Shown here: positions 29,654 to 39,023 of the stretch, piece after piece
Layout: each line of letters starts with the position of its first letter
Numbering within the stretch: position 1 is the first letter of the stretch
From: Candidatus Omnitrophota bacterium
GTDB lineage: Bacteria > Omnitrophota > Omnitrophia > Omnitrophales > Aquincolibacteriaceae
NCBI GenBank assembly: GCA_043821445.1
Contig: JBDRCT010000037.1
Span: 49,703 to 113,702 of the forward strand
Reading direction: 5' to 3'
Length of the DNA: 64,000 bases
Program-made: the position numbers and the translations under genes
The notes under the pieces: model-generated
The model's database searches: none
The model's input: the letters and a program-made list of their open reading frames with translations, nothing else
What the model was told of the DNA's origin: nothing

Positions 29654-31201
29654 TCAGGACTGCCAGGCCTCGCGGCGGAGGAGGGCCTTTTGGTAAACAT
29701 CTTCATACTGCTTGGCGGCATCAAGCCAAGAGAAATGCTGAAGCATCGCGCGCTTGCGCATCAATTCTATGTGCTCGGGCCTGTCATAATAGGTGCTCAC
29801 CGCCCAGCCGATCGTATCATAGACCGCAGACGGGGCCTCTTGATAATAAAGGAACCCGGTCCCAAAACCGCTTTTTTCCTCATACGGAATGATCGTGTCC
29901 TTTAACCCGCCGGTCGCGTGCGCGATCGAAAGTGTCCCGTATTTCAAGCTGTAGATCTGATTGAGGCCGCACGGCTCATAAAGCGACGGCATCAGGAAAA
30001 AATCAGATCCGGCTTCGATCAAATGCGCCTTGCGTTCGCTGTAGCCGATCCAGGCGCCCACCTTGCCGGGATAAAGCGCGGGAAGCCCCCCGAAGAAGTC
30101 CTCCTGCCCCTTGTCCCCGCTTCCGACAATCGCGAACTGCACGGCCATATCGCGGAGGATACGGTGCATGACGAGCATCAAATGCTGGAAGCCTTTCTGC
30201 TCCGCGAACCGTGAGACAATGCCCACGATGGGAAGATCTTCATGGGGACTCAGAAGAAATTCTTCCCGGAGGGCTTTTTTACAAAGCTTTTTTCCTGACA
30301 TGCTCTGAGAAGAGTAATTCGCCGGAATGAGAAGGTCCGTCTCGGGATCCCAATGGTCATAGTCGGCGCCGTTCAGGATCCCGAAGAGATCGTCTTTGCG
30401 CCGCTGAATGTAGGTGGAAAGCCCGTTCGCGCCGGGTTCGCCGAGGATCTCCTTAGCATAAGTGGGACTGACGGTCGTAATGGCGTCGGCGTAAAAGATC
30501 GAGCCCTTCATGAAATTGATGCCTCCGAAATTCTCGAACTTGGTATCCGTAAAATTATCGCGCCCGAGCCCCAGAAATCCGTACGCGTCGGCCTTGAAGG
30601 TCCCCTGGTAGGCGATATTGTGGATCGAAAAAACGCTCGCAGTTTCGGCGAAAAAGGGATTGTGCTGTTCCCAGATCTTCAGATAAGGAGCGACGAGCGC
30701 CGTCTGCCAGTCGTGACAATGGATGATATCGGGCCGGAATTTCAGGTCCTGGCAAAGCTGGAGGCAGGCACGCGAAAAAAAGCCGAAACGCTCGGGATTG
30801 TCCGCAAATTCCCAGTTCCCGTCGTCATAAAGCCCGGCCCGCCCGAAATAACTTTCGTGCTCGATGAAATAAACCGGAAATCCGTCGGACTTCCCCTCGA
30901 AGACTTGGCACCAAACGATGCCGTTACCGGTCGGAACACCCATCGGCCCCAGCACGGGTTTGAGCCCGTATTTTTCTTTGCTGATGGACCAGTAACGCGG
31001 CAAGACAAGACGGACGTCATGACCGAGTTTCTTCAGGGCCTTGGGCAGCGCGCCGCAAACATCTCCGAGACCTCCGGTCTTGATGAACGGTGTCGCCTCA
31101 GAGGCCGCGAAAAGGATCGCGTATTTTTTTCCGTTCTTTCCGTTCTTTTTTTTCACTCCCCGAGATCTCCGCTTCGGTTGAAGTTTTTTGAAAAACCGCA
31201 C
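29654..31201 (-). CDS. glgA: Glycogen synthase (GT5), with a K/R-rich N-terminal extension
   Basis: KYAILFAASEATPFIKTGGLGDV; overall GlgA architecture. The true start may be internal. Confidence 0.88.
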   Translation of the reverse strand: MRFFKKLQPKRRSRGVKKKNGKNGKKYAILFAASEATPFIKTGGLGDVCGALPKALKKLGHDVRLVLPRYWSISKEKYGLKPVLGPMGVPTGNGIVWCQVFEGKSDGFPVYFIEHESYFGRAGLYDDGNWEFADNPERFGFFSRACLQLCQDLKFRPDIIHCHDWQTALVAPYLKIWEQHNPFFAETASVFSIHNIAYQGTFKADAYGFLGLGRDNFTDTKFENFGGINFMKGSIFYADAITTVSPTYAKEILGEPGANGLSTYIQRRKDDLFGILNGADYDHWDPETDLLIPANYSSQSMSGKKLCKKALREEFLLSPHEDLPIVGIVSRFAEQKGFQHLMLVMHRILRDMAVQFAIVGSGDKGQEDFFGGLPALYPGKVGAWIGYSERKAHLIEAGSDFFLMPSLYEPCGLNQIYSLKYGTLSIAHATGGLKDTIIPYEEKSGFGTGFLYYQEAPSAVYDTIGWAVSTYYDRPEHIELMRKRAMLQHFSWLDAAKQYEDVYQKALLRREAWQS

Positions 31202-31318
31202 GTCAGACTTACCGCCGGCGCGTTGAGAGAGGGATTATACCTAAGAATCAAAAATAAACCACCCCGAACCCTCGCGGGGAGCGCCCTCTCTTGCTTGGGA
31301 GTCCGTCGTCCTGAAAGT

Positions 31319-32737
31319 TCAGATCCCGAAATAGATGAACGGCAAATTCGCGCTGCTGCCCGAGCTCAAAAAAAGCCAGAATGTAAGCCAGTAAAAAACC
31401 ACCTTAAAAACAATGTTCGTTTTTAAGAGGACGAATTCTTCTTTTCTGGCCGCCTGCCATACCTGCACCAACACAAGTATGAAGATGTACATGAATAAAA
31501 TGCGGAGATTCGTGATGAAAACGTCGAATTGAAAATCCGAAAAGATCTTTGCCACCTGCGTCACCGCGTGCCTGATACTTATCGGGTAAAAGAACAGCCA
31601 TCCCAGACACACGATGTGGAATGTCGCGAACCATGAAGCGAAGCCGGTCACGGCCCGCACCCATTTCGGGGCTGTGTCCGGTCCGGAAGACGCCCTGTTC
31701 GTTTTGTACCAATGAAAGATCGCTACCGCGATGCCGAAATACACCCCGCGGAAAATACTGCTGAGAGAAATGCTGTGCCATAAGCTAATGCATAAGAGCG
31801 TCACAAAAGAAGCGAGGTAAGCATTGCCTTTGTGATACGCCAGCACGGGGAAAAAAACGTAATCCCTGAACCAATATGTCATGGACATGTGCCACCGCCG
31901 CCAGAAATCCGAGATATTCCTTGCAAAGTAGGGCTGCCGGAAATTGATGGTCAGGTCAAACCCCATCAATTTCGCCGTTCCCCTGGCGATATCCGTGTAA
32001 CCGGAGATGTCGCAGTAGATTTGAAAAGCGAACGCATAAAGAGCCACCAGGACCCCCGCGCCGGAAGACCCGGCGGGATCCGAAAGGAGTTTTTCCGACA
32101 AAACAGCGCAATGGTTCGCGATAAAGATCTTCTGAAAAAGCCCCCAGTAGATCAGATAAACCCCTGTTCTGATATGGCTCCAGGAAATGATCCTTTGATT
32201 CTCGATCTGGTGGTAAAGATGCTTCGCTCTTTCGATGGGGCCGGCGATCAACTGCGGGAAAAAAGAAACATACAACAGATAGTCGGTAAAGTGCCTCACC
32301 GGTTTGACGCCTCCCCGGTAAACGTCGATCAAGTAGCCCATGGTTTGAAAGGTATAAAAAGAGATCCCTAAGGGAAGGATCACCTGAAGATGAAGGGTGT
32401 GCGCGCTCAGCCCGAAGAAAGCAAGGATGGGGTTCAGGCTTGAAATGAAAAAATTGAAAGATTTAAAAAACAGCAGGATGCTGAGATTGATCGACAAGCC
32501 TAATATCAAATACCGTTTTTTGATTCCCGGGCCGTGATTCCGGTCGATCGCCAGGCCGCAAAGGTAATCCGTCGTGCTGGAAATGAAGAGGAGTGAAAGA
32601 AAACGCCAATCCCACCACGCATAAAAGAAATAACTCGCTGCTAGAAGAAAGAGATTCTGTTGACGGTGTTTGAGGAGGACATAGATCAAAAATACGATCA
32701 AAAAGAATACCCAGAACTCGGGGGTGACGAATGACAT
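31319..32737 (-). CDS. MBOAT-family membrane O-acyltransferase (DltB/AlgI-like)
   Basis: Polytopic MBOAT protein with the conserved His region (WRRWHMSMTYWFRDYVF). Starts 1 nt after the ligase stop. Confidence 0.85.
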   Translation of the reverse strand: MSFVTPEFWVFFLIVFLIYVLLKHRQQNLFLLAASYFFYAWWDWRFLSLLFISSTTDYLCGLAIDRNHGPGIKKRYLILGLSINLSILLFFKSFNFFISSLNPILAFFGLSAHTLHLQVILPLGISFYTFQTMGYLIDVYRGGVKPVRHFTDYLLYVSFFPQLIAGPIERAKHLYHQIENQRIISWSHIRTGVYLIYWGLFQKIFIANHCAVLSEKLLSDPAGSSGAGVLVALYAFAFQIYCDISGYTDIARGTAKLMGFDLTINFRQPYFARNISDFWRRWHMSMTYWFRDYVFFPVLAYHKGNAYLASFVTLLCISLWHSISLSSIFRGVYFGIAVAIFHWYKTNRASSGPDTAPKWVRAVTGFASWFATFHIVCLGWLFFYPISIRHAVTQVAKIFSDFQFDVFITNLRILFMYIFILVLVQVWQAARKEEFVLLKTNIVFKVVFYWLTFWLFLSSGSSANLPFIYFGI

Positions 32738-34279
32738 CTATTTGCCCTTTTCCAAATATTGTTTTCTGAGGCTCTCGACCTTGACCTTCCCCGTGGCCCC
32801 CCGCGGAAAATCCTTCGGAAAGAACAGGTCTTGGGGCACCAGGAAAGCCGGGAGCTTTTTCATGGCATGCCGGTAATATTTCTCTTTGGATTTTTTCGGA
32901 CCGCGGACCTTCAAGGCGGTAATGATCGCTTCTCCGTAACGCTCATCCGGAATTCCAAAACTGATCGCCTCTTTGACATCGGGATGCTCTAAGAATGCCT
33001 GGTCGATCTCCAAAGGATAAACATTGATCCCGTTCTTGATAATGATCTGCTTGATCCTGTCCAAAAAGAAAATTTTTCCCTTGGGATCGATAGACCCCGT
33101 GTCCCCCGTTTTGAGAAATCCCCCTCCGGCCATGCAGGATCTTGTCTCTTTCTGATTCCTGAAATACCCCAGCATGTTATAGGGACTTTTCACGCGGAAT
33201 TCTCCGGTCTCGTTAGGCCCTAGCCTTCTTCCTTTCCCGTCAAAAACCCCTATCTCGGCTCCCAAAGCCTTTCCGACACAATGGGCCTTTTCCCCTTTGC
33301 CGGCGCTCTTAGGGACGCTGATCCAACTGGCTGTTTCGGTTAGGCCGTAGCAATTACGGATATAAATGCCCAGATGACCGGCATACCAATCATAAACAGC
33401 TTGCGGCAGTTGAGAGGAAGCCGAAAAAACGGTCCGCAGGCACTTCAAATCCTTTTTCCGGAAACCGCCGGTGTGTTCCTTCAAGAGTGCCAAAATGCCC
33501 GGCACCGCGGTAAAATAACGGATCCGGTATTTTTTCACCATGTTCCAGAATTGGACAGCCAGGAAAGGGTCGAATCTTGCGATATATATTCTGCAGCCGG
33601 ACAAGAACGGGACAAGCATTCCGGGGATCATGCCATGACCGGAAAAAAAAGGCAGGAAACTGAAAAAAGCGGTGCGGGGCCTGAAATTCAAAAGATCGAT
33701 AAGGTTCAAAATTTTCAGCCTTACGGATTCCATGGAAAGCATCACGCCTTTGGGACTTCCGATTGTCCCGGAGGTATACAGGATGAACTTAAGGCCTTTT
33801 TTAGGGATCTGACATTTGCGGACCGGGCGCGATGCTTCGTCCGGTTCCGGGGCAGACCGGAAGATTTCATCCGTAAGCACCGTCCGGCAAGGAAGCTCTT
33901 TGAGCCATGCGTTGCGACCCAAGATCGCTTGGGATGTGATGAGGAATTTTGACCGTGAATGGCGCGCAAGATAGGCCGTCTTTGTTTGATTCAGCCGGGG
34001 GTTCAGGGGAACGAGGACCAGGTCGACGTCCAGGAGGGCCAACAAGACCGCCATGGAATCGATGGAGTTGTCCAAAAAGAGGACTGCCTTATCCCCCGGA
34101 GAGTGCGGGATCGCGCTGAAATAGTGATAGGCCGAATGGACTTTCTTTTTAAAGCCGGCGAGATCGATCGAACTCTTGTCTTGAACGTCCGTGATGAGCT
34201 TCCCGTTTTGGGGAAAGCGATGGGAAAATTCTTCAAAGAACATTTTGGGCGCTACCATAGGCGCGGATGGCCCCGCCAT
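32738..34279 (-). CDS. ANL-superfamily adenylating enzyme (DltA / acyl-CoA ligase-like)
   Basis: YTSGTIGSPKGV (A3 P-loop), GYFRNQKET, TGDTG ... IKNGINVYPLEIDQAF core motifs. Confidence 0.85.
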   Translation of the reverse strand: MAGPSAPMVAPKMFFEEFSHRFPQNGKLITDVQDKSSIDLAGFKKKVHSAYHYFSAIPHSPGDKAVLFLDNSIDSMAVLLALLDVDLVLVPLNPRLNQTKTAYLARHSRSKFLITSQAILGRNAWLKELPCRTVLTDEIFRSAPEPDEASRPVRKCQIPKKGLKFILYTSGTIGSPKGVMLSMESVRLKILNLIDLLNFRPRTAFFSFLPFFSGHGMIPGMLVPFLSGCRIYIARFDPFLAVQFWNMVKKYRIRYFTAVPGILALLKEHTGGFRKKDLKCLRTVFSASSQLPQAVYDWYAGHLGIYIRNCYGLTETASWISVPKSAGKGEKAHCVGKALGAEIGVFDGKGRRLGPNETGEFRVKSPYNMLGYFRNQKETRSCMAGGGFLKTGDTGSIDPKGKIFFLDRIKQIIIKNGINVYPLEIDQAFLEHPDVKEAISFGIPDERYGEAIITALKVRGPKKSKEKYYRHAMKKLPAFLVPQDLFFPKDFPRGATGKVKVESLRKQYLEKGK

Positions 34280-35040
34280 TGCAGCTTCAGAAGAAGCAGG
34301 TCAAAAAACGAGAATACCGCCAATCCCATCATGGAAAAAACGGCAAGGCCCACATACACGTCCAGGATGCGGAACTGGTCCCAGGCATTCCACATGAAGA
34401 AACCTATTCCGTTCTTTGCGGCAAAGAATTCACCGGCCACGACCATCACCAAGCCGTAACCTATCCCTATCTTGCAGCCGTATAAAATATCGGGAAGAAT
34501 GCCTTTCAGGACGATCGAGTAAATTTTTTTAAAGAAAGGGATCCTGTAGATCTGGGCGATATAAGAATAAATTTCCGGAAACCTCCGGATCCCGTGGATC
34601 ACGCTGAGCAGGACAAGATAGAATATCCCGATGGCGATAATGGCTACTTTTGAAGCGTCCCCTATCCCCAGCAGGATCATCAAAAGCGGCAGGACCGACA
34701 ACTTAGGGATCGGATAGGTAATGGAGATAAGCGGATTAAAAAAACGGGCCGCCCTTTGATTCAGGCCCATGATCAATCCGAGTACGACGGCCAAGGGAAC
34801 GGCCAAGACCGTCCCGAGGGCCAATCGCTTCAGGCTGAATGAAAGGTCGCTTAAAAATTTCGGGTCATGCAACAAAAGCCCGGCCAGCCTCCGGAGAATG
34901 GCGACCGGAGCGGGAAAATAGCGGCTATCGATGATTTGGAAATACGCGAGCAATTCCCAAAGCACCAGAAGGACTACCGGCGCATTGAAAAGGGCGCCGG
35001 ATCGTTTGTTTAAAGGACCGAATGTTTGTTTTTTATCCAT
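34252..35040 (-). CDS. ABC transporter permease, NitT/TauT (SsuC-like) family
   Basis: Binding-protein-dependent transport inner-membrane signature (EFFAAKNGIGF). Overlaps both neighbouring genes. Confidence 0.8.
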   Translation of the reverse strand: MDKKQTFGPLNKRSGALFNAPVVLLVLWELLAYFQIIDSRYFPAPVAILRRLAGLLLHDPKFLSDLSFSLKRLALGTVLAVPLAVVLGLIMGLNQRAARFFNPLISITYPIPKLSVLPLLMILLGIGDASKVAIIAIGIFYLVLLSVIHGIRRFPEIYSYIAQIYRIPFFKKIYSIVLKGILPDILYGCKIGIGYGLVMVVAGEFFAAKNGIGFFMWNAWDQFRILDVYVGLAVFSMMGLAVFSFFDLLLLKLQWRGHPRLW

Positions 35041-35840
35041 TGTTGGAACTGCCGCTGGGTTCTTTCGACTTCTACCGTTAATAGTTCCGTGATCTCACGG
35101 ACCAGATCGAGATAACGCCTGTCCTCCCTGATCTGATTAACATCTCTGGGCCGCGGGATATCCACCAAAAACTCCTTCACATTTTTTCCGGGTCTTGAAG
35201 ACATCAGCACGACCCTGTCGGAAAGAGTGACCGCTTCATGGATATTATGCGTGATAAAAAAAACGGTCCTCAATTCGCCTGCCAATATCTCCAAGGTCAG
35301 CTGTTGGAGCTGGATCCTGCTCAGGAAATCCAGATGGACGAAAGGCTCGTCCATCAGGATGACTTTGGAACAAGAGGCCAAGGCGCGTGCAACATTCGCC
35401 CGCTGGATCATGCCTTCCGAAAGGTCGCCCGGAAAATAATCTTTAAAATCCGATAACCTGACCCGCTCCAGATAGCTCGATACTAAACGGTTTTTTTCCG
35501 GGTCCGGCAGAGGGCCATTGAGGCAGATCTTGATGTTGTCGAAAATGTTCAGCCAGGGGAAAAACGCGAAATCCTGAAAGACCACCGACGCGAATAATTC
35601 GGATCCATCGTGCGGCTGGCACTCCAGCTCTCCGGAGAAGTCCTTCGTAAGCCCGGCAAGGATCTTGAGCAGGGTGGTCTTCCCGCACCCGCTGGGGCCG
35701 ATCAAGGAAACGAACTCGCCCTGCCGCAGCGACAGATTGAAATGATCCAGGACCGCCAATTCTCCGAACGCCTTGCAAATGTTGGCGGCTTTTAAAACAA
35801 CGTCCCCGGGCTTGCGTGCGTGATTATTCGAATTTTCCAA
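35010..35840 (-). CDS. ABC transporter ATP-binding protein, NitT/TauT family
   Basis: GPSGCGKTT Walker A, LSEGMIQRANVARAL signature, ILMDEPFVHLD Walker B. Confidence 0.88.
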   Translation of the reverse strand: MENSNNHARKPGDVVLKAANICKAFGELAVLDHFNLSLRQGEFVSLIGPSGCGKTTLLKILAGLTKDFSGELECQPHDGSELFASVVFQDFAFFPWLNIFDNIKICLNGPLPDPEKNRLVSSYLERVRLSDFKDYFPGDLSEGMIQRANVARALASCSKVILMDEPFVHLDFLSRIQLQQLTLEILAGELRTVFFITHNIHEAVTLSDRVVLMSSRPGKNVKEFLVDIPRPRDVNQIREDRRYLDLVREITELLTVEVERTQRQFQQWIKNKHSVL

Positions 35841-36846
35841 GACGGGCCAACGCTTTTTCTACGAAGGTGTGGTCCACGGCTTTTTCGATGTCGCAGGGCA
35901 CATCAAGGTATCCATGCTCCCGGTACCATTGTGTATCTTCAGCCAGGGACTCTTTATTGAGGTAGCCGTCCGGATTGATCCCTGCGGGGATCATGTTACT
36001 CCAAATGTCATTCGCTTCGATCTTAACATGTTTCTTGAGCAGAAAAATGGCTTCCTCTTTATTTTTGCCTTTGATAAATGCGTCGTAATAGTCCCGGACC
36101 CCTTTCAGATAGGCGATCATGAATTTTTCCGCCAGATCAGGCCGTCCGGTGATGAATGGGAAGGAATACAGGATGGCCGCGCTCTGCTGTCCGGGATAGA
36201 CTTCATTGACCCCCGCAACCTTGACCGCGATGCCTTTTGACTCGGCCTCGGTAAGATACGGCTCAAGCTGGATGGTCGCATCGAGGGCCTTGTTCCCCAA
36301 AGCAACGTTCATGGCCGCATAATCCATCTTTTCAAAAACTACATCGTTCACGCTCAATCCCGCGGTCTTCAAGAATTTATCGGCCGCGATTTGCTGGGAA
36401 ACTCCGAACGCGGTCACCGCCATCTTAAAGCCTTTCAGATCGCCGAATCTCTGGTATCGCTTGCTGTCGACATGGTCTTTCCTGACCAGCAATCCTATGT
36501 AATCACATGCTTTGCTGACGCTCCCTTTATCGGCCACCAGTTTTATGTTGAGCCCGCTGTTGATGGCATTCCATAACCCCGCGCTGATATTCCCCGCGCC
36601 GACGTCCAGACTGCCGTTCCCCAGTAAGGCTGTCATGGGCGCTCCTGAGCCCTTAAAATAGGTCAAGTCGGCTTCGATCCCCTCTTTCTTAAAATATCCC
36701 TTTTCGTAAGCAAGAAAAATGCCCGAGGAACTGACCACGGGAGAAACCCCGATCTTGACCTTAGAATCTTTGCCGTCACTGGCGCTCGCTACCGACACAG
36801 AGAGGCCTATGCAAGCGACCATCCCTACGATCCATGTTTTTCTCAT
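35824..36846 (-). CDS. ABC transporter periplasmic substrate-binding protein (NMT1/SsuA-like) with signal peptide
   Basis: Signal peptide MRKTWIVGMVACIGLSVSVASA; NitT/TauT SBP-like fold. Confidence 0.75.
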   Translation of the reverse strand: MRKTWIVGMVACIGLSVSVASASDGKDSKVKIGVSPVVSSSGIFLAYEKGYFKKEGIEADLTYFKGSGAPMTALLGNGSLDVGAGNISAGLWNAINSGLNIKLVADKGSVSKACDYIGLLVRKDHVDSKRYQRFGDLKGFKMAVTAFGVSQQIAADKFLKTAGLSVNDVVFEKMDYAAMNVALGNKALDATIQLEPYLTEAESKGIAVKVAGVNEVYPGQQSAAILYSFPFITGRPDLAEKFMIAYLKGVRDYYDAFIKGKNKEEAIFLLKKHVKIEANDIWSNMIPAGINPDGYLNKESLAEDTQWYREHGYLDVPCDIEKAVDHTFVEKALARLGKFE

Positions 36847-37112
36847 TTTCGCTCTCCTTCTTTTTGTTTGTTGGATATAAAGGCCGTTAAATTTTCGATC
36901 GTTTCCAGGTTTCCGGGGTGAATATCGCCCTTCTTGATCTTGATATGAAACCGGGCCTCGAGCGCGTGGACAAAAGGAAAGATGCCGAAAGAATCGACGA
37001 TCCCCCGTAAAAAAAGCGACTCACCGGCGGAAAAATCCCTTGGCACTTTAATGCCGTGATTATTCTTTGCCAGGATGTCCCTGACCGCGTTCTCGATTTC
37101 TTCGCGTTGCAT
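36843..37112 (-). CDS. Small carrier protein, DltC/ACP-like (89 aa)
   Basis: GIVDSFGIFPFVHALE resembles the DltC phosphopantetheine attachment site (GIIDSFQTV). Size and helix pattern fit a carrier protein. Confidence 0.6.
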   Translation of the reverse strand: MQREEIENAVRDILAKNNHGIKVPRDFSAGESLFLRGIVDSFGIFPFVHALEARFHIKIKKGDIHPGNLETIENLTAFISNKQKEGERK

Positions 37113-37160
37113 TGGTTCTATTCTATAAGCCCTTATGGATATCGAGCAATCCTTTTTGTA

Positions 37161-38918
37161 TCAATTTTCCGTTAATTGGCGGAAGATCTCCTGGGCTATA
37201 ATTTTGTGCCCATATCGGTTAGGATGAGAATGAGCTTCCGCGAGGAGAAAATTTTTATTTTTGTTAAATATACCTTCCAGGTTCAAATAGTAGATTTCCG
37301 GATGTTCCCGGCGCAAATTCGCCAGAAAAATTTCTGTTCGCTCATCATTCAAGCCCGTTGAAAAGTCAAGCTGCGGGATGAAAACCACCTTGATCCCCTT
37401 TTCTTTACATAAGGTTATCACTTCTTTAAAAAGAAAGTCCGGGTTCTCAATGGACGTCGCTCGGTCGCCGGAGTGCCATGCACCCAGGAACCTTTTTCTG
37501 ATGTTTTCCACAGCCATGAATAAATAACTTTTACATAAAAAGTCGTACAGGTACACGATCTCTTTGATCGGCTCCTTGAATTTAAGGGCGGCATACAAGA
37601 GCCGGCCGTTCTTGATCCAGTCGGAATTCTTTTCCATCACCCTCTTGGCTCTCTGGTATAAAGCATAATCCTTCTCAAGCCGTCCTTTGTTATTCTCCTC
37701 TTTCGGATAGGCTAGCCTTCCATAAAATAATATGAAGTCAGGGTTCATTTTGTTCAATACTTCTTTCAAATATATGTTCATCTCTACGCTGTAAAAGTTA
37801 TTCATCCCGGGAAGGACTAGGGGAATGACCATGTTTTTCTTTTGATTCCACGCATTCAATTTCTTTTCCAAAAGGGCCGGGAAAACTTGGGCCAGGGAAA
37901 GAGCTCCGATCTCAAGGGGGGAAGATCCCGCGCAGAGGATCCGCGTGGCGTGTTCGGAATTCGCTATCAGGTATTTGTTCGGCCGGTCACCAAAGTAAGA
38001 CTTGATCGTGAGCTCCTTCGGATCGTTGAAGGCCCCAAAAAAATTAGTGGATATCTCGAATCGCCATTTGGGTTTCAGTTGACCGATGTCCAGACCCGGA
38101 TCATGGGGGTAAGCCACTCTTAGAAATGCTTCCAGGAAAAACAGGGGGAAGACAAAAAAGAGTAACTTTCTGAAGAAGCGCTTTTCAGAACATCCCAGGG
38201 CAAGAAAGATCAGCACTCCGAGGGAAAGGAACATTTGCGAGATGAATTTGTAAAAATAGAGCAGGGCAAAATCAGCGTTGAATAAAATTCTCCCCGCAGG
38301 ACCCAAAATTTCCAGCCTGTTAAGCGTCACTTCTTTTTGCGACGGGAGGAACAAGCCGAAGTTATAATTTACGGGCTCAGGACCCAGCGGGATCTTTTCC
38401 ATGAATTTTCCGTTCATATAAACAAGGACCGTTTTTTCTGTCAGATTGCATTTCAAACGCGATTGGAAACCTTCCGATCGATTAAACCCTGGTATCATGC
38501 ACAAAGGTGAGAGTGGATATTTTATCGTTGAGACATATTCTTCCTGACCCTGCCCATCCTTACAATAAACCCCCGAGGGGCTGCTATATCCGGATAGAAT
38601 GAAGCTGCATCGATCACAAAATCGTATTTCGACCCTTCGGCAGGCCAACCGTGTCAGGTTGACTTCGATGTCGTACCGGGTCGGGTCACGGGGTTGACCC
38701 GCGTCCGTCGCCTTAGGATGTTCATATCCCCATACCTCATTGAGTTCATAGAGCGACCGCCACTTTTTTCCCAGGGCTGGGATTTCTTTTTCGCAGAATA
38801 GGATCGAAGAAGCTGCGACGATCATAAGGACGAGCGAATAGATTGCGGTGCGTGATTTGTTTTTATGTAATGCTTCTGTAAGGGATGCGACTGAAGATCT
38901 TTTCATAATGTTGATCAA
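37161..38918 (-). CDS. Membrane protein, paralogue A: TM + Cys-rich ecto-domain + 2 TM + DltD/AlgJ-like SGNH domain
   Basis: TM at aa ~22-42 and 2 TM at aa ~220-270. C-terminal ILCAGSSP (SGNH block I-like) and HSHPNRYGHKIIAQEI (block V-like). 585 aa. Confidence 0.7.
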   Translation of the reverse strand: MINIMKRSSVASLTEALHKNKSRTAIYSLVLMIVAASSILFCEKEIPALGKKWRSLYELNEVWGYEHPKATDAGQPRDPTRYDIEVNLTRLACRRVEIRFCDRCSFILSGYSSPSGVYCKDGQGQEEYVSTIKYPLSPLCMIPGFNRSEGFQSRLKCNLTEKTVLVYMNGKFMEKIPLGPEPVNYNFGLFLPSQKEVTLNRLEILGPAGRILFNADFALLYFYKFISQMFLSLGVLIFLALGCSEKRFFRKLLFFVFPLFFLEAFLRVAYPHDPGLDIGQLKPKWRFEISTNFFGAFNDPKELTIKSYFGDRPNKYLIANSEHATRILCAGSSPLEIGALSLAQVFPALLEKKLNAWNQKKNMVIPLVLPGMNNFYSVEMNIYLKEVLNKMNPDFILFYGRLAYPKEENNKGRLEKDYALYQRAKRVMEKNSDWIKNGRLLYAALKFKEPIKEIVYLYDFLCKSYLFMAVENIRKRFLGAWHSGDRATSIENPDFLFKEVITLCKEKGIKVVFIPQLDFSTGLNDERTEIFLANLRREHPEIYYLNLEGIFNKNKNFLLAEAHSHPNRYGHKIIAQEIFRQLTEN

Positions 38919-39023
38919 GCGGTATCAGGCCCCTGGTCCAACAGGTTCATTATAAAAAACGTCCGTTCGAGAACGTCAGTGAACTTACCGATCATTTGTG
39001 GATATCGAGCGATCCTTTTTCTG

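Noticed and set aside
29102-29905. 267-aa plus-strand ORF between the K+ channel gene and glgA.
   Set aside because: Its 3' part is antisense to glgA and its 5' part runs through a hairpin-rich non-coding region. No RBS and no domain; treated as non-coding.
37842-38123. 93-aa plus-strand ORF (MIPRIQFLFQKGRE...) present in all four array copies (also 39705-39986, 41571-41849, 43479-43712).
   Set aside because: Its conservation is a by-product of the homogenised minus-strand genes it overlaps. No independent start signals and no domain.
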